Below, one piece after another: positions 28,986 to 39,382 of a stretch of 64,000 bases of DNA (positions are counted from its first letter, which is position 1; every line of letters begins with the position of its first letter). This DNA comes from an uncultured bacterium. Lineage in GTDB: Bacteria; Patescibacteriota; Minisyncoccia; Phycocordibacterales; PALSA-1337. The translations under genes were made by a program, and so were the position numbers. Under the pieces are notes generated by a model that was given only the letters and a program-made list of their open reading frames with translations, did no database searches and was not told the DNA's origin. The stretch spans positions 235,315-299,314 of the forward strand of contig CAIMDG010000001.1 of NCBI GenBank assembly GCA_903839725.1, written 5' to 3'.

Positions 28986-29055
28986 ATATTATATGTAAGC
29001 ATACTACAGATTCGTCAAACTTTTCACTTTTCACTTTTCACTGTAAACTGTTCCT

Positions 29056-32000
29056 ATGTCCCGCTTCAGCCACCTCCACGTCCACTCCCACTATTCTTTG
29101 CTTGCGGCACTACCAAAAGTTGATGATTTGGTAGATGAAGCCAAGAAACTCGGCATGAAGGCATTAGCACTTACTGACAATGGTAACCTCTATGGTGCTA
29201 TTGAATTCTATAAAGCCTGCACGAAAAAAGAGATCAAACCTATCATTGGTGTCGACTTTTTTGTCGCCATCCGTTCACGCACAGATCAACAGGCAGGAAT
29301 AGACAACCGTCGCAGTCGTCTCGTCCTTCTTGCTATGAATGAAAAGGGGTATCAAAATCTCATCCAACTCGTTACACTCTCACACCTCGAAGGTTTCTAT
29401 TACAAGCCTCGTATCGACCGCGAACTTATCGAAAAATACAGTGAAGGTCTTATCTGTATTTCGCCTTCATTCGGAGGGGAAATATCACAATCCCTCAAAA
29501 GCAGAAATCAAGACAAGGCCATAGAAGTAGCCACGTTCTATAAAAAAGTATTTGGTGACAGGCTATATATCGAAATAAGTCGACATCCTGAAATCGATGA
29601 TCATGAAGGAAATATGAAAACCTTGGCCACCTTCGCAAAAAGCCAACAGATTCCAGTATGCGCCGCACATGATGTGTACTATCTCAAACCAGAAGATCGT
29701 TTTGCTCGTGAGACACTTGTACGCGTGAATTCTCACAGTGATTCATCTGATCGTATTTCTGACAGTGATGAAGATGATTTTTCCTTTATTTCACCTGAGC
29801 GAGCTGAAGAACTATTCAGGGACATGCCTGAAGCTCTCGACAATACCCAGAAAATAGTTGATTTATGTAATCTCACCATGGAACTGGGTAAATGGGTCTT
29901 CCCTGCATTCACCGTAGAAAGTGGACGAACACCAGATGATGAATTGCGTCATGTGGTATTCGAAGGATTTGCTCGACGTGGTATCGAAAAAACAGATGAA
30001 CTCGTGAAGCGTGCGGAGTATGAACTCAAAGTCATCAAAGACAAAGGGTATTCTCCATACTTCCTTGTGGTGGCGGACATGCTTCGGTTTGCCAGAGAAA
30101 ATGGCATATTGAGTAATATCCGCGGATCAGTTTCTGGATCGATGGTCACGTATCTCGCAGGTATCACCAACATAAACCCGATTGAATATGAAATTCCCTT
30201 TGAACGCTTCCTGAATCCTGAACGTCCATCTGCTCCTGATATCGACATGGACTATGCTGACGATCGTCGCGATGACATGATTACCTATGTCCGTGGAAAA
30301 TACGGCAAGGATCACGTCGCTCAAATCGGAACATTCGGTACCATGGCTGCTCGTGGTTCAGTTCGTGACGTCGCTCGTGCTATGGGATTCCCCTACGATG
30401 TTGCTGATCGTATTTCAAAGATGATTCCTATGGGTGCACAAGGATTTCCCATGACTATTGATCGTGCCTTGAATGAAGTACCTGAGCTCAAAGAAATCTA
30501 CAATTCTGAACAGGATACTCGACGTATTATTGATATGGCAAGAAAGATCGAAGGTTGTGCGCGTCACATCGGTGTGCACGCTGCTGGTGTGGTTATTTCT
30601 CCGACTGCACTTACCGATTACACCGCACTTCAGTTTGATCCAAAAGGTGAAGGCAAAATCATCACCCAATACGATATGTACTCGATCGAAGAAGCTGGTC
30701 TTCTCAAGTTCGACTTCCTTGGGCTCAAAAACTTAACTATTATTGCCGACAGTATTGATCGCATCGAAAAGCTCACCGGTATCAAAGTTGATTACGATAC
30801 TATTCCCGTCGATGATACAAAAACATTCGAAATGCTTGCTCGCGGAGAAACTGCCGATCTCTTCCAGTTGAACGGTGACGGTATGACTAGATTCCTGAAA
30901 GACTTGAAACCAACAACCATTCACGACATCAACGCTATGGTGGCACTGTATCGTCCAGGTCCTATTCAGTTCATCCCGGAATATATTGCCCGCAAACACG
31001 ATCGATCACTCATCAAATATCTTGACCCTGCACTCGAGACAATTCTCGACAAAACATATGGCATTCTCGTGTATCAAGACGACCTCTTGATGATGGCTCA
31101 CAAGCTCGCTGGATATAGTTGGGGTGAAGTGGACAAGTTCCGTAAAGCCGTTGGTAAAAAAATTCCTGAAGAAATGGCGAAGCAAAAAGAGAAATTCATC
31201 GAAGGTTGTGTGAAGCACAGCAAATGGTCAGAGAAAAAAGCTAAAGAAGTCTGGAAATGGATTGAGCCATTTGCAGCGTACGGTTTCAACAAAGCTCACT
31301 CAGTATCATATGGTCGCGTCGCATATATTACTGCATACCTCAAAGCGCATTTTCCTGAAATATATTTGTCGGCTGTCCTTACATCTGAACAAGGTGAAAC
31401 TGAAAAAGTTGCTGAAACTATCGCTGAATGTAAGCGCATGAATATTCCTGTTCTTCCTCCTGACGTGAATGAAAGTTTCAGTCAATTCACTGTGGTCAAG
31501 ACTCTTGCAGAGGTCTCTCCAGAGCGGGCGCCAACTCCAAACCAACCGGCACAACATGTGCATGTGGGACGACCTTCGGAAGGAGCGAAGGCGAATCAGC
31601 AGATTCGTGCTTGGCCGACTGAGAATGAGGTGCTGGCCGAGCACGGCCAGACACCGTTCGTCCCACATGCACATGTTGTGCCGGTTGGTTCTTATCGCAT
31701 TCGTTTCGGTTTGGTAACGATCAAAAACTTCGGCCAAGGAATATCAACCGGCATCACCGATGAACGCAAGCGAGCTGGAAAATTCAAGTCATTGAATGAC
31801 TTCCTCGATCGCGTCAAAGACAAAAACCTCAATAAAAAATCTCTCGAAGCCCTCATCAAATCTGGAGCCATGGATTGCTTCGGTATTGATCGCGGTGTCA
31901 TGATGGCGAACCTCGATCTCATTCTTGATTACAACAAAGAAAATGCAAATCAGCACAGTGATCAAACATCCCTCTTCGGCATGTTCACCAATGCCTCTGA

Positions 32001-32418
32001 TGTACCAACTCTTCGTCTCATCGATGCGCCTCATGCCACAATGCGCGCCAAACTCGCATGGGAAAAGGAATTGCTTGGCTTGTATGTTTCAGGACATCCC
32101 CTTGAAGAATACCGCGAAATAATCACCAAAAGAGATATCGACATCAAACGAGCTCTTGAAACCGGCAAAGAAGGTGGCACTGTGGTATTGGCAGCCATGA
32201 TCAATGATGTGCGCCTCATTCAAACAAAAAAGAATGAAACTATGGCATTCATTACTATTGCTGATTTTTCCGGAGAATCAGAGGCCGTTGTATTCCCTCG
32301 CGTCTACAATGAATTCAAAGCACTTATTGCTCCTGATATTTGTCTCGCAATCAAAGCAACAATTAATTCAAGAAATGGAGAAAAAGGATTTATTCTGGAA
32401 CGATTAAAAAAACTATAA
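29056..32418 (+). CDS. dnaE: DNA polymerase III alpha subunit
   Basis: PHP domain (HLHVHSHYS), palm, fingers and OB domains. It contains an about 55-aa in-frame insertion encoded by a GC-rich palindromic element at 31540..31690. Confidence 0.95.
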   Translation: MSRFSHLHVHSHYSLLAALPKVDDLVDEAKKLGMKALALTDNGNLYGAIEFYKACTKKEIKPIIGVDFFVAIRSRTDQQAGIDNRRSRLVLLAMNEKGYQNLIQLVTLSHLEGFYYKPRIDRELIEKYSEGLICISPSFGGEISQSLKSRNQDKAIEVATFYKKVFGDRLYIEISRHPEIDDHEGNMKTLATFAKSQQIPVCAAHDVYYLKPEDRFARETLVRVNSHSDSSDRISDSDEDDFSFISPERAEELFRDMPEALDNTQKIVDLCNLTMELGKWVFPAFTVESGRTPDDELRHVVFEGFARRGIEKTDELVKRAEYELKVIKDKGYSPYFLVVADMLRFARENGILSNIRGSVSGSMVTYLAGITNINPIEYEIPFERFLNPERPSAPDIDMDYADDRRDDMITYVRGKYGKDHVAQIGTFGTMAARGSVRDVARAMGFPYDVADRISKMIPMGAQGFPMTIDRALNEVPELKEIYNSEQDTRRIIDMARKIEGCARHIGVHAAGVVISPTALTDYTALQFDPKGEGKIITQYDMYSIEEAGLLKFDFLGLKNLTIIADSIDRIEKLTGIKVDYDTIPVDDTKTFEMLARGETADLFQLNGDGMTRFLKDLKPTTIHDINAMVALYRPGPIQFIPEYIARKHDRSLIKYLDPALETILDKTYGILVYQDDLLMMAHKLAGYSWGEVDKFRKAVGKKIPEEMAKQKEKFIEGCVKHSKWSEKKAKEVWKWIEPFAAYGFNKAHSVSYGRVAYITAYLKAHFPEIYLSAVLTSEQGETEKVAETIAECKRMNIPVLPPDVNESFSQFTVVKTLAEVSPERAPTPNQPAQHVHVGRPSEGAKANQQIRAWPTENEVLAEHGQTPFVPHAHVVPVGSYRIRFGLVTIKNFGQGISTGITDERKRAGKFKSLNDFLDRVKDKNLNKKSLEALIKSGAMDCFGIDRGVMMANLDLILDYNKENANQHSDQTSLFGMFTNASDVPTLRLIDAPHATMRAKLAWEKELLGLYVSGHPLEEYREIITKRDIDIKRALETGKEGGTVVLAAMINDVRLIQTKKNETMAFITIADFSGESEAVVFPRVYNEFKALIAPDICLAIKATINSRNGEKGFILERLKKL
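31540..31690. repeat. ~150-bp GC-rich nested palindrome inserted in frame in dnaE
   Basis: 33-bp perfect inverted arms aaccaaccggcacaacatgtgcatgtgggacga / tcgtcccacatgcacatgttgtgccggttggtt with inner palindromes. About 58 % GC against about 38 % for the gene. Confidence 0.85.
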
Positions 32419-32427
32419 AGGCATAAT

Positions 32428-32458
32428 AAAATCCCGAGAAGTGCATCTCGGGATTTTG
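32428..32458. terminator. terminator aaatcccgaga-agtgca-tctcgggatttt
   Basis: 11-bp perfect stem plus T-run. Downstream of dnaE. Confidence 0.7.
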
Positions 32459-32471
32459 ATTTTAAGCACAA

Positions 32472-32756
32472 TTATTTTGTGAGCTCTTTGATAAGACTGC
32501 CTGCGTAGCGGTCTTCTATGCTCGAATAGTAGATACCCATGGGGTTGTGTATCGTCAGCTCACCTACGGTAATGATACCGGTGACATTTCCTGTAAAAAT
32601 AACATTGCTCAAAAAAAGCTTACTGACAAAAATGTTGTTGAAGTCAATATCACCAGTAACTTCGACATTCTTGAACTCAAACAGATGCATATGCTCTGAA
32701 TCCTGACCAGCCCGACACATCATAGCCATAAAGGCTTCTGCGGTCATAGTTTTCAT
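32472..32756 (-). CDS. hypothetical protein, possibly bactofilin-like beta-helical
   Basis: Repetitive V/I-x-G-x-V/I pattern. Weak. Confidence 0.3.
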   Translation of the reverse strand: MKTMTAEAFMAMMCRAGQDSEHMHLFEFKNVEVTGDIDFNNIFVSKLFLSNVIFTGNVTGIITVGELTIHNPMGIYYSSIEDRYAGSLIKELTK

Positions 32757-32805
32757 ATATTCCTACTTTCAAGCTACTTCATGCAGACATATTTTGCAAA
32801 TACAA

Positions 32806-32835
32806 AAAACAGTGCCTCTTTCAAGACACTGTTTG
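32806..32835 (-). terminator. terminator for the ABC transporter gene (aaacagtg..cactgttttttg on the minus strand)
   Basis: 8-bp stem plus T-run on the minus strand. Confidence 0.5.
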
Positions 32836-32853
32836 CGAATAGGCGACGAGTAT

Positions 32854-34728
32854 TTAGCCGATGCGATGCTTATCTTCAGTATACATTCTTGCAAATGCAC
32901 CTTGTTTCGCCATAAGCTCGGCAGGGGTTCCTTGCTCAACGATTTCGCCCTTACCCATCATGATGACTTTGTCACAACGTTCAGCGCGTGAGACGTGGTG
33001 CGTGATCATGACGACGGTTACATTCTTGAGCTTGAATACCTGGTCAATGACTTTCTTTGCCGAATCAGGATCCAAATTGGAGTCCGGTTCATCGAGAATC
33101 AAGATCGGTGTCCGACGATAGTGCACACGCGCCAATGCCAATCGCTTTCGTTCTCCGCCGGAGAATTCAAGACCATCGAACTGCGTGCCGATTTGAGCGT
33201 CATATCCCTTCGGGTTGTCACTCACCACTTCGTCAAAATGCGCGAAGCGTGCAGAGTTCGTAACGTCTTCAGGATTGATCGTTTGACCAAGTCTCGACGA
33301 AGCGATTTCACCAGCTATCGAACGTTCAAGCACGGTAAAGTCTTGGGTCAAAGCGGAGATGACTTCATTCCAATCTCTTGGTTTGATATTCCGCAGATTG
33401 ATTCCGTTTGCAGTTATCGAGCCAGACGATGCATCGTAATATCTACACAACAATGCTTGAAGCGTAGACTTACCATTACCACTTCCTCCGACGATGGCCA
33501 CCTTACTTCCCGGCTCGATCGTAAAGCTTACATCCTTGATCGCCAGTGTGTCTGACGTTGGATACGCGAAGCTCACATGGTCGAATACGATACGAGGGAT
33601 GCCTTCTAGACCAGGACGTCCAATGAATGGCGGAATGACCGGCGACTCCGTGACAATACTTGATTTCATGCCAAAGAATTCCTTCTCGATCATGATGACA
33701 CCTTTGGCATTGTTCCACTGGTCAGCCACCATACCGACGATTGATTCGAGGCTGACCTGGAATGTGCGCGCGGCAGCAATAATAATCGTAAGCGTTCCGA
33801 TTCCAAGATCATACGCAGCAGTGGACCATATTGCATAGACGATAACTCCACCAAGCCCAAGAAACATCACCAAATTGGCGAGTAGTTTTTTCTTGAGACA
33901 CGTCATACGAATATGATCGTATTCATCGAGAATACCACCGACATTGATGTCGACTTCCTTGCGAAGAGCCGGCATCTGGTTGAACATGAGCGCCTGCATG
34001 AATGCAGTTGGCTGATTGTATGCTCTTTCGAGAACATATCGTCTCTTGTGTTTGGGCACAAAACCACGGAACAAGTCCCACCACATCTGCACCAAGCGGA
34101 ATTCGATGAATACCGCCGGCAATGTTGCGATAACGAGCACCAGTGCAAAAAGCGGCTGATACACAACGAGAGTTGCACCGAAAAGTGCAAATGATATGAG
34201 TGTCGTGAAGAGGTCGAACATCTGGTCCGAGTATACAATTCTCGTTTGCCATGATGAAGGAAGCTCTTCAATATTCTTCGTTAGATCATCAAACTCTTTG
34301 CTTTTGAACCGAGCAATGTCGAGGGTCGAACGATGCTCGTTGAGTTCACGACGATTGAAGAAATGTAACTCAATCTTCCACAAATTGGCGTAATACCATT
34401 TGATGCGACCGAGCACAACACCAACCAAGATAACAGTAAGCATAAATACACTTGGCCACAGGAGATCACTGTGAATGAAATCCGTGAATGAGTGTACAGA
34501 CTGATGAGATGCTGCGACACGCTGGGCAGCGTTGATGATCCAACCAGTTGCCTGAACAACCAAATACACCACGATGGTGTTAAAAAATGAAACGCCAATC
34601 AGGACCTTGGTAGCTTTTTTACTGTTCTTCCAACAAAACGCGAACGAATACCTTGTCGCCAAGAGTATCGTCGCTATGGTTTCTCGTATCTTATTCATAA
34701 GAATGAAGGGTTTATTGTTAAACTGCAA
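32854..34728 (-). CDS. ABC exporter, fused permease-ATPase (MsbA-like)
   Basis: Six-TM N-terminal domain. C-terminal NBD with GGSGNGKST Walker A, LSGGERKR signature and ILILDEPDS Walker B. Confidence 0.9.
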   Translation of the reverse strand: MQFNNKPFILMNKIRETIATILLATRYSFAFCWKNSKKATKVLIGVSFFNTIVVYLVVQATGWIINAAQRVAASHQSVHSFTDFIHSDLLWPSVFMLTVILVGVVLGRIKWYYANLWKIELHFFNRRELNEHRSTLDIARFKSKEFDDLTKNIEELPSSWQTRIVYSDQMFDLFTTLISFALFGATLVVYQPLFALVLVIATLPAVFIEFRLVQMWWDLFRGFVPKHKRRYVLERAYNQPTAFMQALMFNQMPALRKEVDINVGGILDEYDHIRMTCLKKKLLANLVMFLGLGGVIVYAIWSTAAYDLGIGTLTIIIAAARTFQVSLESIVGMVADQWNNAKGVIMIEKEFFGMKSSIVTESPVIPPFIGRPGLEGIPRIVFDHVSFAYPTSDTLAIKDVSFTIEPGSKVAIVGGSGNGKSTLQALLCRYYDASSGSITANGINLRNIKPRDWNEVISALTQDFTVLERSIAGEIASSRLGQTINPEDVTNSARFAHFDEVVSDNPKGYDAQIGTQFDGLEFSGGERKRLALARVHYRRTPILILDEPDSNLDPDSAKKVIDQVFKLKNVTVVMITHHVSRAERCDKVIMMGKGEIVEQGTPAELMAKQGAFARMYTEDKHRIG

Positions 34729-34952
34729 TAAATTCTATAATATACAATATCAGGAAACTAGACTTGATGTCAAACTAGTTTTATAGTGTAATTCACAATT
34801 TCTTGCATAAAATGACACATTCTGGTATAGTATATCTACTGACGAGAAATGACCTTCCCAAAGGCCATTTTTTGTTTTCTAAATTTTAAGACAAACTTTT
34901 TATATGCAATGATGGCGCCCTGTTGTTACAAGGCGCCATTCGCGATTGAGCT

Positions 34953-35414
34953 TTAATTAAAATATCTATCAAAGATCAGCTCACAGATCTTGATTTCCGA
35001 CTCGTTCTGCGGAATGTGAACATAGTTGGGGATGTAAACATATTCCCCTTCGAGCCATATCGGAACACTTGGAACGATTTGGGAAACTTCCCGACGAAGT
35101 GTTTCCGGTTCACAGAGCACCGGATTGATGTGTGATCCACGGAGCAGTGCGATACGGTTCACGATGTTCGCACTCTCTAGCTCAGCAGTGAACCTGATGA
35201 CCGTAAGTCTCTTGGTCATCTCCTCTATCGTTTGCTCGAGGATAGGCTCGGGCGAATCCGGATACAGCAAGCGAATCTGTTCTGGAGAGATCCAGATATT
35301 CACGTTAGTGTTCCGAGAAACCCGATCAAGGCGAAGCCTTTGAACTCTGTCGATAATGTGTGCACTTCCCGCGATTTTGGCGGAAGGCTTTATCACAATG
35401 TATTGTTTTTTCAT
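34953..35414 (-). CDS. hypothetical protein
   Basis: ORF. Start set at MKKQYIVIKPS. Confidence 0.35.
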   Translation of the reverse strand: MKKQYIVIKPSAKIAGSAHIIDRVQRLRLDRVSRNTNVNIWISPEQIRLLYPDSPEPILEQTIEEMTKRLTVIRFTAELESANIVNRIALLRGSHINPVLCEPETLRREVSQIVPSVPIWLEGEYVYIPNYVHIPQNESEIKICELIFDRYFN

Positions 35415-35539
35415 GTAGTATTCAGTTGTAACCGAGCGAACGGCGCTCAGTAGGTGCAGTTTGTTTGTGAGTATAATAACATTATTTTTATAGATAGTCA
35501 ATCCTCTTTACACTCCTATTCTATCTAGTATTATTATGA

Positions 35540-35760
35540 CTACAGAAGTTGTTGCAGCCACCATCTGCAATTGATCCGCCAACCGGCGAACAAGCCTAGA
35601 AGCCTAATCTGCAATACATAAAGAGTGCTCGTCATAGTGGCGAGAAACTCGGTGGAACCACGAGGTTTATATTAGATTCCCCGTCCGAGTATGTACGTGA
35701 ATTTTTTCGCGCACATACTCGGCCGTTTTTTGAATCTCAAAAATTAAAAATAAAATCTTA
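35540..35760 (+). promoter_or_regulatory. putative T-box leader upstream of thrS
   Basis: Contains aactcggtggaaccacgagg, resembling the T-box AGGGTGGNACCGCG. A terminator hairpin (gagtatgtacg..cgcacatactc + TTTTTT) follows immediately before thrS. Confidence 0.45.
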
Positions 35761-35772
35761 AAAATAAACACA

Positions 35773-37539
35773 ATGAACCAACCTAACGAACAACTCCAAC
35801 ATCTTCGTCACACGCTTGCTCATCTTCTTGCAGCGGCCGTATTAGAATTATACCCAGATACAAAACCAACTATTGGTCCAGCGATCGATACTGGATTCTA
35901 TTATGACTTTGAATTCAAGACACCCATCACCGACAAAGACCTGAAAGACATAGAAAAGAAGATGCGTAAACTTCTTCCTTCATGGAAAGACATGTCTGGT
36001 AAAGAAGTTTCAGCCGATGAGGCTCGTTCCACATTCAAGGACAATCAATACAAGATTGAACTCATCAATGATATTCTTGCCAAGAATGAAAAAATAACTC
36101 TCTACACTGCCGGAAAGTTCACTGACCTGTGTCGTGGTGGACACAATGAGAATCCAGCAAAAGACATTCCTTCTGATTGTTTCAAACTTTCGAGACTTGC
36201 AGGTGCATATTGGAGAGGTGATGAAAAAAATATACAGCTGACTCGTATCTATGGAATTGCATACGCAAACAAAACTGACCTTGAAGTGTATGAAAATCTC
36301 GTGAAAGAAGCTGAAAAGAGAGATCACAAAAAACTCGGTAGAGAGCTCGACTTATTTACACTTTCTCCCCTTGTTGGTCCCGGTCTCCCTCTCCTCAAAC
36401 CAAAAGGTATGGCGATTCGCAGACAGATAGAGGCATACCTTTGGGAGTTACATCGTGACAAAGGCTATGAATGGGTCTGGACTCCACATATCGCAAAAGA
36501 AGAACTGTATGTCACCTCTGGTCATGCGGCAAAATTTGGAAATGAACTTTTCCGTGTTACAGGAAAAGAAGAAAAGTTTATTTTAAAACCTATGAATTGT
36601 CCGCACCATATGCAAATCTTTGCTGACAATCAATTCTCATATCGAGATATGCCTGTACGCTATTTTGAACCAGCAACTGTATATCGTGATGAAAAAAGTG
36701 GTCAGCTCGGCGGGCTCACTCGAGTTCGCGCTATCACCCAAGACGATGGTCACCTCTTCTGTCGTGTATCTCAAATTCAACAAGAAGTGAGTACTATCGT
36801 GGCTATCATCCGTCAATTCTATACAACAATGAACCTGATGAATGAATATTGGGTAAGTTTATCCGTACGCGGAGAAGATCGTAGCAAATATCTCGGTACA
36901 GATGAAGCATGGGAAAAAGCTGAAGGCGCACTCGAACAAGCAGCTATCGCAAATAATCTTAACTATAAAAAAGTTATCGGGGAAGCTGCATTCTACGGAC
37001 CTAAACTGGATTTTATGTTCAAGGATGCAATTGGTCGTGAATGGCAACTCGCTACAATTCAGTGTGACTTCAACCTCCCTGAACGCTTTGATCTTTTCTT
37101 CACCAATGAAAAAAGCGAGAAGGAACGTCCTGTTGTTATCCATCGTGCAATATCAGGATCCCTTGAAAGATTCATGGGTATACTTATAGAACATTACAGT
37201 GGCAATTTCCCTCTCTGGCTCGCACCATCTCAAGTTGCCGTTATTCCTGTCGGTGAAGCTCATTTTACTGAGGCACAAAAAGTTCATGATCTACTCCGTG
37301 GCGTAATGATTCGTTCTGAGATCGACCTCTCGAACAATGGCTTCGGCAAGAAGATTCGTAATGCCAAGAATGCTCGCACCCCATACACCATCATTATTGG
37401 CGACAAGGATATGGAGGCAAAGAAAGTAACCCTTGAAAGTCGAGATCTAGCTGCGCAGACAGGCAAAGGTCAGATCGGTCAACTCGACGCGAGTGAGGTG
37501 CTGAAGAAATTGGTTGAGGAAATTAACGAAAGAAAATAA
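35773..37539 (+). CDS. thrS: threonyl-tRNA synthetase
   Basis: Class II aaRS motifs, ThrRS catalytic core and C-terminal anticodon-binding domain. Confidence 0.9.
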   Translation: MNQPNEQLQHLRHTLAHLLAAAVLELYPDTKPTIGPAIDTGFYYDFEFKTPITDKDLKDIEKKMRKLLPSWKDMSGKEVSADEARSTFKDNQYKIELINDILAKNEKITLYTAGKFTDLCRGGHNENPAKDIPSDCFKLSRLAGAYWRGDEKNIQLTRIYGIAYANKTDLEVYENLVKEAEKRDHKKLGRELDLFTLSPLVGPGLPLLKPKGMAIRRQIEAYLWELHRDKGYEWVWTPHIAKEELYVTSGHAAKFGNELFRVTGKEEKFILKPMNCPHHMQIFADNQFSYRDMPVRYFEPATVYRDEKSGQLGGLTRVRAITQDDGHLFCRVSQIQQEVSTIVAIIRQFYTTMNLMNEYWVSLSVRGEDRSKYLGTDEAWEKAEGALEQAAIANNLNYKKVIGEAAFYGPKLDFMFKDAIGREWQLATIQCDFNLPERFDLFFTNEKSEKERPVVIHRAISGSLERFMGILIEHYSGNFPLWLAPSQVAVIPVGEAHFTEAQKVHDLLRGVMIRSEIDLSNNGFGKKIRNAKNARTPYTIIIGDKDMEAKKVTLESRDLAAQTGKGQIGQLDASEVLKKLVEEINERK

Positions 37540-37550
37540 TACGTAGACAT

Positions 37551-37583
37551 AAAAACACCCGACGAATATTGTCGGGTGTTTTT
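37551..37583. terminator. terminator aaaaacacccgac-gaatatt-gtcgggtgttttt
   Basis: Perfect stem with flanking A- and T-runs. Confidence 0.7.
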
Positions 37584-37599
37584 ATGTAATTCAAGATAT

Positions 37600-38220
37600 T
37601 TAGATATGCTCTGGAATATTGTGTCCAGTAATAAACCACGTACTTGGTGTTTCAACCTTGGCACCTGTTTCGTCAATGATTGGTGTTTCAATAACTTTTC
37701 GATTTGACTCAGATAATTCTTGAAATTCTTTTGTACTTACAAAGCCTTTAAATACAAGGTATCTCAATGAATCCTTTGCCATTTCTCCTGTAATCTTATT
37801 GAATGTTGATTCAGGGTCGATCTTGGCAAGCTTATCGGCGAGTCCTCTGAACAATGTAATGTGGTCAATTCTTCCTTCACCGTAAAAAGCTTGTTTTGTG
37901 AGAGAATCAATAAGAACAAAGAAGGCTCGAAGTGCTCGTTGGTGACCGTCACCAGGGCCTCTGTAAAGATATACGTGTTCGTCATCAAGAGGGACACCAA
38001 AAGATTCACATACATCCTTTCGTACTTCCAAAAATTCAACAGCTTCTTTTGTAGCATCAATTCTTTTCTTTTCATGAACTTCATCGTGGAAGCCCTTGTT
38101 CAACTCAACAGATCTAACTTTTATACTGACATCATTAATAATATGCAATAACTTATCGTGATAATTAGAAGGCACTTCTGATGAAGAAGGTTGTAACAAT
38201 TCATATTTTTTCATAGTCAC
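37600..38220 (-). CDS. hypothetical protein
   Basis: 206-aa ORF. No domain recognised. Confidence 0.4.
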   Translation of the reverse strand: MTMKKYELLQPSSSEVPSNYHDKLLHIINDVSIKVRSVELNKGFHDEVHEKKRIDATKEAVEFLEVRKDVCESFGVPLDDEHVYLYRGPGDGHQRALRAFFVLIDSLTKQAFYGEGRIDHITLFRGLADKLAKIDPESTFNKITGEMAKDSLRYLVFKGFVSTKEFQELSESNRKVIETPIIDETGAKVETPSTWFITGHNIPEHI

Positions 38221-38265
38221 ATTATACCCTTATGAATCGGTGTAATCAAACCAATTTGAGTACAA

Positions 38266-38294
38266 CAAAAATCACCTCTTTCGAGGTGATTTTT
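38266..38294. terminator. terminator aaaaatcacctc-tttcg-aggtgattttt
   Basis: Perfect stem and T-run on both strands. Confidence 0.6.
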
Positions 38295-38341
38295 GTATAA
38301 ACATTTATTTTTGGAGGCTCACACTCGCTCAGTCTCTTGGA

Positions 38342-39382
38342 TTATATCTTCGACTTATTGAAGACGAGATAGAGAACTGTAGCAAAGAGAAGGAGGATAA
38401 TGAGTATCGCGATCCAACCCCATGGAACATTTCCAAGTGAGAACAAAGATGCGGCAGAGAGTGAGTTTCCAGCAGTAGTTGTATTTGAACTAACTGTTGT
38501 CTTTGTATTTGATGAAGCAATGTTTGAACCTGCTCCTGTACCACGAACTGCGAGTGTATTAGTACATGAACGAGTACCTGTCTTACCATCAGCTGATGTA
38601 ACGGTAACGATGGCATTCTTTTCACCAGTTGTACTATATGTTTTGATGACAGATTTCGCTGTACCAGTCAAAGCATCAGAACCAGTCCATGAATATGTGT
38701 ATGGAGCAACACCACCAGTAACTTCTACCAACCATGTAATAGGCTGATTAACTGTGATTGTTGCAGGATCTGAGTAACAACCGATCTGAAGATCTTGATT
38801 CGAGTTAGAAGTTGTAGTGTACTGATTTGAATATTGCTGGTACACAACAGGCTGTTGGTACTGATAATATGCGTAATTGTAATTGATACCTACACTTGTT
38901 CCACAACTCTGAGTAGTTGACTGTCCGTTTGAGTATACGGTAACAGTTCCATATTTCTGACCAGGATTTGAATAGGCATTCGTAACGTATTGACCTGACC
39001 CGTAGAGACCGTCAGTACCAGTCCATGAATATGTGTAATTTCCATTTCCGCCAGTAGCATACGCAGACCACGTTACAGAAGTTCCGACATAACCACTTGT
39101 TGTATTTGGGCTACATGAAACACTGAGGGCCTGATAATAGGTAGTTGGAGGATAATACACTGGTGGCTGTTGATAGACAGGTGGCTGATATACAGGATAC
39201 TGAGGACGTGTATTACATGAACCGAAACGGTCACAGTAATTGGAGTTATATTGATAACTTCCACATCCGCCATATGAGTCACACCCATGAGCCTGGGCAG
39301 GTGTAACTACCATGAACATGCCAAAGGCAAGCATGAATGCCACACTGAGGATGAGATATGTTTTATTGATTGTATAATTCAT
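38342..39382 (-). CDS. secreted repeat protein: signal peptide, Tyr/Gln/Pro-rich region, two PKD/Ig-like repeats, C-terminal TM anchor
   Basis: Signal peptide MNYTINKTYLILSVAFMLAFGMFMVVTPAQA. Two about 80-aa repeats (...TWSAYATGGNGNYTYSWTG... and ...TWLVEVTGGVAPYTYSWTG...). C-terminal hydrophobic anchor. Confidence 0.6.
   Translation of the reverse strand: MNYTINKTYLILSVAFMLAFGMFMVVTPAQAHGCDSYGGCGSYQYNSNYCDRFGSCNTRPQYPVYQPPVYQQPPVYYPPTTYYQALSVSCSPNTTSGYVGTSVTWSAYATGGNGNYTYSWTGTDGLYGSGQYVTNAYSNPGQKYGTVTVYSNGQSTTQSCGTSVGINYNYAYYQYQQPVVYQQYSNQYTTTSNSNQDLQIGCYSDPATITVNQPITWLVEVTGGVAPYTYSWTGSDALTGTAKSVIKTYSTTGEKNAIVTVTSADGKTGTRSCTNTLAVRGTGAGSNIASSNTKTTVSSNTTTAGNSLSAASLFSLGNVPWGWIAILIILLLFATVLYLVFNKSKI

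Noticed and set aside
31540-31690. Intein in DnaE
   Set aside because: The insert is only about 55 aa. It lacks an N-terminal Cys/Ser and the C-terminal His-Asn plus nucleophile junction, and its DNA is palindromic and GC-rich.
31306-31737. 143-aa minus-strand ORF inside dnaE
   Set aside because: It is a mirror image produced by the in-frame palindromic element and is not an independent gene.
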